Source: a virus
Taxonomy: Duplodnaviria > Heunggongvirae > Uroviricota > Caudoviricetes
IMG/VR virus record: IMGVR_UViG_2541047849_000003
Span: 1 to 20,716 of that record
Strand: one strand, 5' to 3'
Length of the DNA stretch: 20,716 nucleotides
The position numbers and the translations under genes are program-made. Of the stretch, positions 9,029-18,349 are shown one piece after another. The first letter of the stretch is position 1, and the number at the start of each line of letters is the position of its first letter. The notes under the pieces are model-generated. The model was not told the origin of the DNA. It saw only the letters and a list, made by a program, of their open reading frames with translations, and did no database searches.

Positions 9029-9483
9029 TGATTACATTCAAACCAACGCGAAACATCGACCTGATAGAAGCAGTAGGAAATCACCCTGACATTATTGCCG
9101 GGAGCAACAACGGTGATGGATACGACTACAAACCTGAATGCCGTTACTTTGAGGTGAACGTGCACGGGCAGTTCGGCGGCATTGTTTACTATCAGGAGAT
9201 TCAGCCGCTTACATTCGATTGCCACGCCATGTACCTGCCAGAGGTTCGTGGATTCAGCAAGGAAATCGGACTGGAGTTCTGGCGATACATTCTGACTAAC
9301 ACCACTGTTCAGTGTGTCACATCGTTCGCTGCGCGCAAATTCCGCCACGGGCAGATGTACTGCGCAATGATTGGCCTTAAGCGTGTAGGAACCATCAAGA
9401 AATACTTCAAAGGCGTGGATGACGTGACGTTTTATAGCGCCACACGCGAAGAACTAATCGACTTCCTGAATCACGGGAGATAG
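9028..9483 (+). CDS. P22 gp14-like protein
   Basis: 151 aa. Position and N-terminus [21 protein letters not shown] are consistent with P22 gp14. Start overlaps the upstream stop (TGATG). Confidence 0.7.
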   Translation: MITFKPTRNIDLIEAVGNHPDIIAGSNNGDGYDYKPECRYFEVNVHGQFGGIVYYQEIQPLTFDCHAMYLPEVRGFSKEIGLEFWRYILTNTTVQCVTSFAARKFRHGQMYCAMIGLKRVGTIKKYFKGVDDVTFYSATREELIDFLNHGR

Positions 9484-9485
9484 CC

Positions 9486-10178
9486 ATGTTATATGCATTT
9501 AAGCTGGGCAGAAAACTGCGCGGCGAGGAACCTTATTGCCCTGAAAAGGGTGGGAAAGGTGGCAGTTCTGATAAAAGCGCAAAGTATGCAGCAGAAGCTC
9601 AGAAGTATGCCGCAGACCTGCAAAATCAGCAGTTCAACACCATCATGAACAACCTGAAGCCGTTTACTCCTCTGGCTGATAAGTATGTCGGTAGCCTAGA
9701 GAACTTATCGTCTCTGGAAGGGCAAGGTCAGGCGCTTAACCAGTATTACAACTCTCAGCAGTATAAAGACCTTGCAGATCAGGCTCGCTATCAGAGTCTG
9801 GCGGCAGCGGAAGCAACAGGTGGATTGGGTTCCACTGCAACCGGTAATCAGTTAGCAACAATCGCACCAACGCTTGGTCAGCAATGGCTATCTGGACAAA
9901 TGAACAATTACAACAACCTGGCAAATATCGGTCTTGGCGCTCTTCAGGGGCAGGCAAACGCCGGGCAAACATATGCCAACAACATGAGTCAGATTTCACA
10001 GCAAAGCGCGGCGCTGGCTGCGGCAAACGCCAACCGACCGTCAGCATTGCAGCAGGGGGTTAGTGGTGCTGCATCCGGTGCGCTTTTGGGTGGTGGCATA
10101 GCCAGTGCTCTCGAGCTATCAACTCCGTGGGGGGCTGCGATCGGTGGCGGTCTTGGTCTGCTTGGCTCGTTGTTTTAA
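9486..10178 (+). CDS. Ejection (internal virion) protein, P22 gp7-like
   Basis: 230 aa against 229 in P22 gp7. Gln/Asn/Gly-rich, low-complexity C-terminus. Gene order conserved. Confidence 0.7.
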   Translation: MLYAFKLGRKLRGEEPYCPEKGGKGGSSDKSAKYAAEAQKYAADLQNQQFNTIMNNLKPFTPLADKYVGSLENLSSLEGQGQALNQYYNSQQYKDLADQARYQSLAAAEATGGLGSTATGNQLATIAPTLGQQWLSGQMNNYNNLANIGLGALQGQANAGQTYANNMSQISQQSAALAAANANRPSALQQGVSGAASGALLGGGIASALELSTPWGAAIGGGLGLLGSLF

Positions 10179-10188
10179 GGGGTAATCA

Positions 10189-11553
10189 ATGGCTACGTGG
10201 CAACAGGGTATTAATTCTGGTGGTTTTCTGGCTGGCATCGGTACGCAAAACGAGAATGCACCAAAGGCAAGCGACATTAACGCAACGCTTGGTCTGATCC
10301 GCGAAAACAATGAGTTGGGTCGATCAGGTGCAAATAACGTTGGTCTGACAGGTCTTCGAGGTCTGGCTGGAGTTGCTGATATTTATAAGCAGCAGCAACA
10401 GCAGGAGCGTAAAGCGGCATTCCAGAAAGGTTATGCAGATGCTTATGCGTCCGGCGACAGGGAGCAGATGCGTAATCTTATTACAGCATTCCCTGAAGAG
10501 TTTGAGGAAGTCCGTAAAGGCATGGGGTATGTCGATGACGCCCAGCGGGATGACTTTGGCAATCTGGCGCTCAAGGCTCAGGTAGCTTCGTCGCTTGGTC
10601 CGGGCGCATTTGGCAGGTTCATGATGGATAACGAAAAGGAGATGCGTCGTTTAGGTATCCCTCCAGAAACTATTGCGGAAATGCAGGTTAATGACCCGCA
10701 GGGCTTCCAGCACTTCGCAGGTAATCTGGCACTGTTTTCTCTCGGCCATGAGAAGTACTTCGATATCAAAGATCGAATGGAGGGGCGTCGACTTGAAGGA
10801 GAAAGAAATCAGTTAACCGCTCGTGGTCAGGATATCACGATGCGCGGTCAGGATTTATCTGCTGCTACTGCTCGGAGAGGTCAGGATTTAGCGATGCAGA
10901 GAGCATCAATGAAAGGGGCTGTTGGTAATAATGAGCGCACAGTTCAACTAGCAGACGGAAGAACTGTAACCGTAGGCGGGAAGCTTCATGGTGCAGGGGC
11001 TAACGCGTTCTATGAAGGCATAGACAATGAGGGGAACATGGTTCGCGTTCCTGCTGGCTCTATTGCCGCTCCGGCCACGTCGGCAGCAAGCGCGCAGAAT
11101 TACGCAATGAAGAAAGATCTTGATGCAATTTCTGGTGCATCAATTGACGATCTTGGCTTCATGACTGGCATTACAGGCTCTTCAGGTTCTCCTGCTCTTG
11201 GTGCAGATATTCGTAGCCGTGCATCTGGTGGTGATCAGAGGAAACTATACAACGCTGCACAGCGAATCCAAGGAAAGATGCAGAATCAGGGCATTGCAGC
11301 AGCCAGAGACATGGGGGCATCCGGTATCAACACCGTTGCAGAAGCAAAGATGTATTTTCAAGGTATGCCACAGGTTGATTTCTCAAGCCCTGAAGCACTG
11401 CAACAATCAATGCGCGACATTCAGCAATATACCGACAATTACAACCAGCAATATAACGTTAATGTTGGTAAATCTCAGCGGCAGCAATCTCAACCTACAC
11501 AGGCATCACAGCCAGCAGCCAGCAGTAATTTTTCTTCACTATGGGGTGATTAA
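10189..11553 (+). CDS. Ejection protein, P22 gp20-like
   Basis: 454 aa against 471 in P22 gp20. AAGGGG ribosome-binding site. Gene order conserved. Confidence 0.7.
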   Translation: MATWQQGINSGGFLAGIGTQNENAPKASDINATLGLIRENNELGRSGANNVGLTGLRGLAGVADIYKQQQQQERKAAFQKGYADAYASGDREQMRNLITAFPEEFEEVRKGMGYVDDAQRDDFGNLALKAQVASSLGPGAFGRFMMDNEKEMRRLGIPPETIAEMQVNDPQGFQHFAGNLALFSLGHEKYFDIKDRMEGRRLEGERNQLTARGQDITMRGQDLSAATARRGQDLAMQRASMKGAVGNNERTVQLADGRTVTVGGKLHGAGANAFYEGIDNEGNMVRVPAGSIAAPATSAASAQNYAMKKDLDAISGASIDDLGFMTGITGSSGSPALGADIRSRASGGDQRKLYNAAQRIQGKMQNQGIAAARDMGASGINTVAEAKMYFQGMPQVDFSSPEALQQSMRDIQQYTDNYNQQYNVNVGKSQRQQSQPTQASQPAASSNFSSLWGD

Positions 11554-13427
11554 TGGCTAAAGCATGGAAGGATGTTATCGCCTCTCCACAGTATCAGGCG
11601 TTAACTGAAGAACAGAAAGCACAGGCTCAAGCGCAATATTTTGATGAGGTTGTTGCCCCTAAGGCTGGTGACAAATGGGCTGAAGCAAGAGATCAGTTTT
11701 ATGCAGCATACCCTCCGCCTCAGCAGCAGAAAGAAGAACCATCATTGATGCAACAAGCTGGCGATTGGCTCACAGGTGGTCAAAGTGCCGGGCAAATTGC
11801 AGAACAGGCTGGTCGTGGTCTGGTAAACATACCATTTGACGTATTGCAGGGTGGCGCAAGTCTGATTAATGCTATCAGCCAGGGGCTTGGTGGCCCAAAG
11901 GTTTTGGATGATGTTTATCGCCCTGTCGATCGACCGACAGACCCCTACGCACAAGCCGGTGAAACAATTGGTGGGTATTTAGTTCCAGGAGTTGGAACGG
12001 CAGGAAGCATGGCTATTGGATCACTGGCAGAGGCCGCAAATCAGAAAGGCGATTTCGCACAAAATGCAGCTAAAAATGCCGGAGTTAACCTTGCCGCTCA
12101 AGGTGTTCTTTCCGCAGCAGCAAAGGGAATAGGGCGTGGAATAACGGCTATAAAAGGTGATATTGCGCCAGAAGTGGCGAAGAAAATTGCCACATCAGAA
12201 TCGATGGGCGTGACACCAATGACATCTGATGTTATCCCGCCGAAAAATGCTTTCACTCGCGGCCTTACTCAGGATGCCGAGGGGGCTTTGCTCGGGACGG
12301 GCTCAAAGCGAGCAGAGCAATATGCAACGCGTAGTAAGCTGGTAAGCAATTATTTTGACCGTTTTGGTGAGTACAACCCTGATGATGTGGTGAAATCTCT
12401 GACCACCACGTTAAGGGGACGGAAGGATACTGCTGGCGCTGTTATCAATGACGTCACCAATAAAATGGGTAATGCCGCAGTTGATACCACAAATACCATG
12501 AATGCTCTGAATACAGCGATCGCAAGACAGGAACGGCTTGGGACTTCAGCCAATCAAAGCCTGCTTACATCCTTGCGTAACCTACGTGAAGAATTAGCAA
12601 ACCCTGCAACTGATTTGGATGTTACGTTTGATCTCTTGCGTCAGCACAGAACAGCCTTTAGATCTAATGTTCAGGGAGATGCTATGGTCTTCCCCAACCA
12701 GGCAAAAGCAGCTACCAATATGGTAGAGAATGCAATGTCAAAAGACCTTCGTAACGCAGTTGCTAAAAACCTCGGTGCATCAGACGCAGCAAAATACCTT
12801 AAAGCAAATTCCGATTATGCAAACGTTTATAATAAGGTGCTTAATAAAAACATTGCTAACAAACTCAACAAGGCAAGCAGTGAAGCCAGTCCTGAACTTA
12901 TAAATACCGTTGTATTAAGCAGAAAACCATCTGACGTGAAACGAATCTGGAGCGCACTGGATGATAAAGGGAAAGATGCTATGCGTGCAGCTTACGTCAG
13001 CAAAATAGCGGAAAAGGCCGGTGACTCTCCAGCCAAGTTCATCACTGAAGTTAATAAGCTGAAATCTCAGTCAGGCGGTGAAATTTACAACACTATTTTT
13101 TCTGGAAAGCACATGAAAGAACTTGATGCTCTTAATGAAGTTCTACAGCAAACAGCAAGGTCAGACACCGCAAATGTAGTAACTCAGACGGGGCAATCGC
13201 AAGCCAACAGGATAAGGACGATTGGCGCAACTGCGACTCTTGGCGTATCAATGGGGCTTGAGGCTGGTTTCGGTGCAATGATGCGCTTGTATGAGTCCAA
13301 AGCAGCAAGGAATGCGCTCTTACGTCTGGCAAACACCAAAGCAGGAACGCCAGCCTATGAAAGAGCATTAAGTAACGCTGCAAATGCCATCAGACCGCTG
13401 CTTGCCACTGAGGCAACACAGCAGTGA
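11553..13427 (+). CDS. Ejection protein, P22 gp16-like
   Basis: 624 aa against 609 in P22 gp16. Start overlaps the gp20-like stop (TAATG). Gene order conserved. Confidence 0.7.
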   Translation: MAKAWKDVIASPQYQALTEEQKAQAQAQYFDEVVAPKAGDKWAEARDQFYAAYPPPQQQKEEPSLMQQAGDWLTGGQSAGQIAEQAGRGLVNIPFDVLQGGASLINAISQGLGGPKVLDDVYRPVDRPTDPYAQAGETIGGYLVPGVGTAGSMAIGSLAEAANQKGDFAQNAAKNAGVNLAAQGVLSAAAKGIGRGITAIKGDIAPEVAKKIATSESMGVTPMTSDVIPPKNAFTRGLTQDAEGALLGTGSKRAEQYATRSKLVSNYFDRFGEYNPDDVVKSLTTTLRGRKDTAGAVINDVTNKMGNAAVDTTNTMNALNTAIARQERLGTSANQSLLTSLRNLREELANPATDLDVTFDLLRQHRTAFRSNVQGDAMVFPNQAKAATNMVENAMSKDLRNAVAKNLGASDAAKYLKANSDYANVYNKVLNKNIANKLNKASSEASPELINTVVLSRKPSDVKRIWSALDDKGKDAMRAAYVSKIAEKAGDSPAKFITEVNKLKSQSGGEIYNTIFSGKHMKELDALNEVLQQTARSDTANVVTQTGQSQANRIRTIGATATLGVSMGLEAGFGAMMRLYESKAARNALLRLANTKAGTPAYERALSNAANAIRPLLATEATQQ

Positions 13428-13444
13428 CTAAATGCCATGGATGG

Positions 13445-13633
13445 CTATTTCCCTAGCACATGAAACAATGTTTGCTTTAATTCCACCCATACAATTATGA
13501 CCACTATAGACAGACAAAAGAAACTGAATGCATTGGCATCACGATCGAAACCTTCTCCGGCACTAAATCCGTAAAAGGTCATAAAAAATATAAAAATTGC
13601 GCACTTTGCAACGTTTACAAATTTTTTCTTCAC
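13445..13633 (-). CDS. Hypothetical small membrane protein (Lys-rich N-terminus, two hydrophobic segments)
   Basis: GTG start at 13631-13633 preceded by AAGGAGG with a 5-nt spacer. The supplied track extends the same frame to an ATG at 13708 without a ribosome-binding site. Hydrophobic stretches CAIFIFFMTFYGF and FSFFCLSIVVIIVWV. Confidence 0.4.
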   Translation of the reverse strand: MKKKFVNVAKCAIFIFFMTFYGFSAGEGFDRDANAFSFFCLSIVVIIVWVELKQTLFHVLGK

Positions 13634-13696
13634 ACCAACCTCCTTAGTTTTGAGCAGGATACCAGATGATAATGTGTAGTTGGAGTAGCGCGGTTG

Positions 13697-13787
13697 TAAT
13701 GCAAGCATTTTGTTTTGGTTTTATGCTTGCTTGTATGTGTGTACAGTGTATATAATGCAAGCATGTATCACAACAAGGTGCTTGCAT
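13697..13787 (+). promoter_or_regulatory. Promoter (-35 TTGCTT 13727-13732, -10 TATAAT 13751-13756) embedded in four copies of an operator-like motif ATGCAAGCA(T) in alternating orientation
   Basis: Forward copies at 13699-13708 and 13755-13764; reverse-complement copies at 13723-13730 and 13779-13787. A perfect TATAAT lies 18 bp after a TTG-containing -35. AAGGTG ribosome-binding site 8 nt before the ATG at 13789. Confidence 0.4.
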
Positions 13788-13788
13788 T

Positions 13789-14781
13789 ATGACTGAAAAG
13801 AAAAGTGGCGAAGGGAAAGCTAAGGGCGGTATCGCTCGCGCAAAGTCGCTGACTAAAGAGCAGCGTTCTGAAATAGCAAAGAAAGCAGCGGCTGCAAGAT
13901 GGAAGGATAAACCATTAATTGCTACGCATAAGGGATCGTTCCAGCATGAATTCGGGATTGATGTTGAGTGCTATGTGTTAAATGATGATAACAAAACTGC
14001 CGTTATTAGCCAGAGAGGCATGGGAGAAGCGATTGGTCTTGGCGAAGGTGGCAGCAGGTTGCCAAAGTTTATTCAGGGGAAAACTATTTCTCAGTATATC
14101 GGGCATGAATTAAGGGCAAAACTTGAAAATCCTCTTATTTTTCAATACAAACAGGCGGGCACGAACACTCCAGCTAATCCTGTAATACATGGCTACGATG
14201 TAACAATATTAATTGATTTATGTCGAGCAATCTCTAATGCTAAAGCCGAAGGTAAGTTGCTTTCCAGTCAGGAAGGGATTGCTAAGCAAGCCAGAATCAT
14301 TATTGATGCATCAGCCAAGGCGGGCATTCAGGGGCTTGTTTATGCTTTGGCAGGGTATGACAGAACAAAAGAAGAGGTAATTCAAGCATATAAGCGATAT
14401 GTTGCTGAAGAGGCTCGTGAGTATGAAAGAGAGTTCACCCCTGAACTTTATGAGCATTGGTATCGTCTGTATGGTATAGACAAACCAGTTAGAGGGCGAC
14501 CATGGGCGTTTAAATATCTTACGATAGATCACATTTATTACCCATTAGCCAGAAGTGAAGGAAAGGTATTTAATTTAGCAAAAACGTCAAAAGAAGAAAA
14601 AGGCAGCAAAAACGATAAAATACACCAGTTTTTATCAGAGGTTGGAGTTAAGGCTCTTAGAACCCAAATAGGTAAGGTTACTGGTATTGCAATGGTTTCT
14701 GATACTCGAGAAGAGTATGAGAAATACATAGATGAAAAGGTTATTGGACAAAGAACCATAGACTTAAAAGATAAAGAATAA
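13789..14781 (+). CDS. Hypothetical accessory protein, probably P63C-domain family (phage regulatory or antirepressor-associated domain of unknown function)
   Basis: 330 aa. Basic N-terminal tail GGIARAKSLTKEQRSEIAKKAAAARW, then ...ECYVLNDDNKTAVISQRGMGEAIGLGEGGSRLPKF..., which matches my memory of the conserved P63C core. AT-rich codon usage unlike the flanking structural genes. Own promoter upstream and terminator downstream. Confidence 0.6.
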   Translation: MTEKKSGEGKAKGGIARAKSLTKEQRSEIAKKAAAARWKDKPLIATHKGSFQHEFGIDVECYVLNDDNKTAVISQRGMGEAIGLGEGGSRLPKFIQGKTISQYIGHELRAKLENPLIFQYKQAGTNTPANPVIHGYDVTILIDLCRAISNAKAEGKLLSSQEGIAKQARIIIDASAKAGIQGLVYALAGYDRTKEEVIQAYKRYVAEEAREYEREFTPELYEHWYRLYGIDKPVRGRPWAFKYLTIDHIYYPLARSEGKVFNLAKTSKEEKGSKNDKIHQFLSEVGVKALRTQIGKVTGIAMVSDTREEYEKYIDEKVIGQRTIDLKDKE

Positions 14782-14787
14782 GAAAAT

Positions 14788-14809
14788 CCCACCGTCAGGT
14801 GGGTTTTTT
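14788..14809. terminator. Rho-independent terminator between convergent genes, probably bidirectional
   Basis: CCCACC-GTCA-GGTGGG hairpin followed by TTTTTT and preceded by an A-rich run. Lies between the plus-strand gene ending at 14781 and the minus-strand ORF ending at 14835. Confidence 0.65.
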
Positions 14810-15183
14810 ATAAGGAGTAATCATGATTTACCCATCAAACAACCCACCAGTTTGCCTGATTGGATGCCAGCCTTGCAGTTTTTATGGAATTAATTATGCC
14901 ATGCTCAAGAGCCTTGTTAGCATCCAAAATGGTCGAGTCTGCTATCAGGGATGCCCACCTAATATGGGTTCCGATGTCGATATTGAACGTCTCAACGAAG
15001 CGATCAAGATCGTTATCGAGGCATTTCCCGTACTCTCTCAATCTGGCATGGTCGGCGGCTGGGGAGGCAAAGCACCATAATAGAGGATGTAACAGGAATC
15101 TTGATAATGGGTTTGCGAAACGTTCTGAGCCAGCCAGGAAAACGATATTAGCTATGGATTCAACATTGCTTATGTTGTGAGTT

Positions 15184-15187
15184 CTAA
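15184..15187. repeat. IS5 target-site duplication CTAA, left copy (right copy at 16383-16386)
   Basis: Identical 4-bp CTAA immediately flanks both inverted-repeat ends of the IS element. IS5 is known to duplicate a YTAR tetramer. Confidence 0.8.
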
Positions 15188-16382
<1,195 letters not shown>

Positions 16383-16569
16383 CTAACGGTAACAGGGAGT
16401 GACTTAAGAAAGTTATACGCAGTAAAGCCAGCGGCAGTTTCCCCTCCCTGACTTGATATATGGATATTTAATTCAGTTGCGCCTTGAGATAATGCGGTGA
16501 GACAGTGGTTCTGAAGTTGCCCAACAGTGGCAGTGTTAACGGGGCATAAGAAATGAATTGTGTGCAGCA

Positions 16570-16818
16570 TTATTTTTCATCCTTACCATACATGGTCTTT
16601 AGCGTCTCAAGCAGCGCCTCTTTGAATTTGTCAGCTTCTTGCTGAGCAAATGACTCAACTGACTTTGGCGACCTATCTTCATCAATCGCGGCTTGCAAAA
16701 TCATGACGATCTCGGAGTTAACAGAGCGACCATTTTTTGATGCTCTGACAGCAAGAGCCTCGCGTAAAGATTCAGGGATTCTTACCGTAGTTGGAGAAAT
16801 TGACACACCCTTTGCCAT
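16570..16818 (-). CDS. mnt: Ribbon-helix-helix repressor, P22 Mnt-like
   Basis: 82 aa against 83 in P22 Mnt. Contains the RHH signature NGRSVNSEI. Transcribed divergently from the arc-like gene. AAAGGTG ribosome-binding site. Confidence 0.8.
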   Translation of the reverse strand: MAKGVSISPTTVRIPESLREALAVRASKNGRSVNSEIVMILQAAIDEDRSPKSVESFAQQEADKFKEALLETLKTMYGKDEK

Positions 16819-16932
16819 ATCACACCTTTGGTATTCAATTTGATATCAAAGTGTATGCAAAAAAATTTTGACTAGATATACTCACTTTGCTATCTTTTGT
16901 ATTCGAAAAGAGTTGTTTGTGTGGAGGGTAAC
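16819..16932. promoter_or_regulatory. Divergent mnt / arc-ant promoter-operator region with a 12-bp perfect palindrome TTTGATATCAAA (16839-16850) and a candidate rightward promoter (TTGACT 16867-16872, TATCTT 16890-16895)
   Basis: Intergenic region between divergently transcribed RHH repressor genes. The perfect palindrome is a plausible RHH-dimer operator. The -35/-10 pair has 17-bp spacing. Confidence 0.45.
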
Positions 16933-17085
16933 ATGGAGAAAGAAATAAGTAAGATTTTGGTAAGGATGCCGCAGTCGTTAAAGGATGCTATAGGTAGCAG
17001 GGCAAAGGAAGAGTGCAGGTCGTTTAACTCAGAGGTTATCAAGCGCCTGATAGACAGCTTGAAGAGAGAGGGGGTAATGGTATGA
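16933..17085 (+). CDS. arc: Ribbon-helix-helix repressor, P22 Arc-like
   Basis: 50 aa from the ATG at 16933 (GGAGG upstream); the supplied track extends the frame to 16897. The RMPQSLKDAIGSRAKEECRSFNSEVIKRL region matches the Arc/Mnt RHH fold pattern (P22 Arc: NLRWPREVLDLVRKVAEENGRSVNSEIYQRV). Confidence 0.75.
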   Translation: MEKEISKILVRMPQSLKDAIGSRAKEECRSFNSEVIKRLIDSLKREGVMV

Positions 17086-17285
17086 GTAAAGAATGTTGTT
17101 TCTGCGGCATTAGCGAATCAGACGCTGATCAAACATACATTTACTCTAAAGAAACAGGTCGGATGCTGTGTAGTGACTGCGTGTTGGACATCATAAGATA
17201 CAAGCATCTTGGATGTTCTGCCAGCATTAGCAATATAGGTGAAGTATATGAAGGGAAAGATATAACTGATAGAGCAGAAAGTTGA
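17082..17285 (+). CDS. Hypothetical Cys4 zinc-ribbon-like small protein inserted between arc and ant
   Basis: 67 aa with CCFCG and CSDC motifs. ATG overlaps the arc-like stop (ATGA). P22 has no ORF at this position, as far as I recall. Confidence 0.45.
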   Translation: MSKECCFCGISESDADQTYIYSKETGRMLCSDCVLDIIRYKHLGCSASISNIGEVYEGKDITDRAES

Positions 17286-17347
17286 AGCCCCAACTGCGGG
17301 AACAGTCAGGGCTTCGGTTGTCAGTAAATCCGTGGAGAAAAACCAAC

Positions 17348-18250
17348 ATGAATAGTATAGCAATTTTAGAAGCAGTGAACACCTCTTACGTACCATTCAA
17401 CGGTCAGCAAATTATCACCGCCATGGCTGCCGGAGTTGCATATGTTGCGATGAAGCCAATCGTTGAAAACCTTGGAATGAGCTGGTCAACGCAGCAAACA
17501 AAACTCATGAAGCAGATTAGCAAATTCAACTGTGTTCATATGAACATGGTTGCCGCTGATGGGAAGCTTCGTAAGCTACTCTGCCTTCCTTTGAAGAAGT
17601 TAAATGGATGGCTGTTCAGCATCAACCCTGAGAAAGTTCGTGCTGACATCCGCGATAAACTGATTCAGTACCAGGAAGAATGCTTTACTGTGCTGCATGA
17701 CTACTGGACAAAGGGAAAGGCAGAAAATGCACGTAAGAAAACATCTGTTGATGACAGGACTCCGCTTCGTGATGCTGTAAATATGCTGGTCAGCAAAAAG
17801 CATCTAATGTACCCAGAAGCTTATGCAATGATTCATCAGCGTTTCAATGTGGAAAGTATTGAAGAGCTTGATGCGTCTCAGATACCGCAAGCCGTAGAGT
17901 ACATCCACAGGGTAGTGCTTGAAGGCGAATTCATCGGCAAACAAGAGAAGAAAACCAACGAGCTTTCTGCAAAAGAAGCAAACAGCCTTGTATGGCTATG
18001 GGATTATGCCAACCGCTCACAGGCATTATTCCGCGAACTGTATCCGGCGCTGAAACAAATTCAATCGAACTATTCCGGCAGATGTCATGACTGCGGTTAT
18101 GAGTTCTCCCGTATTATCGATATAGCGAGAGACGTTTTAATCAATCACTCACGAGATGTTGATATCAATGAGCCAGACGGACCAACGAATCTTTCCGCAT
18201 GGATGAGACTTAAGAATAAAGAATTACCTCCTTCAGTACATAACTACTGA
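17348..18250 (+). CDS. ant: Antirepressor, P22 Ant-like
   Basis: 300 aa from the ATG at 17348 (GGAG upstream); the supplied track's upstream start at 17282 is a TTG. Sits after mnt and arc and before the tailspike, as in P22 immI. N-terminus [21 protein letters not shown]. Confidence 0.8.
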   Translation: MNSIAILEAVNTSYVPFNGQQIITAMAAGVAYVAMKPIVENLGMSWSTQQTKLMKQISKFNCVHMNMVAADGKLRKLLCLPLKKLNGWLFSINPEKVRADIRDKLIQYQEECFTVLHDYWTKGKAENARKKTSVDDRTPLRDAVNMLVSKKHLMYPEAYAMIHQRFNVESIEELDASQIPQAVEYIHRVVLEGEFIGKQEKKTNELSAKEANSLVWLWDYANRSQALFRELYPALKQIQSNYSGRCHDCGYEFSRIIDIARDVLINHSRDVDINEPDGPTNLSAWMRLKNKELPPSVHNY

Positions 18251-18269
18251 CAGATAACCAACGCAACGA

Positions 18270-18292
18270 CCCAGCTTCGGCTGGGTTTTTTT
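18270..18292 (+). terminator. Rho-independent terminator after ant
   Basis: CCCAGC-TTCG-GCTGGG hairpin followed by TTTTTTT. Confidence 0.7.
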
Positions 18293-18349
18293 ATGCCCAA
18301 AATTCACCGTAGCTACGCTGCGGCGATTCCTTGTATCTGGAGTAATGAA

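Noticed and set aside
8824-9348. 174-aa minus-strand ORF
   Set aside because: Antisense to the well-supported gp26-like and gp14-like genes, with no ribosome-binding site. Treated as a shadow ORF.
11198-11560. 120-aa plus-strand ORF in an alternative frame
   Set aside because: Fully embedded in the gp20-like coding frame, with no independent translation signals.
13432-13443. Short inverted repeat GCCATGGATGGC after the gp16-like stop, considered as a terminator
   Set aside because: The stem is only 4-5 bp with a 2-nt loop and no U-run. Too weak to call.
14823-15080. 85-aa plus-strand ORF
   Set aside because: It overlaps the minus-strand frame that continues the ClpP-like ORF in phase across the IS5 insertion and carries the family-like C-terminal motif. 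The plus-strand product has no recognisable features.
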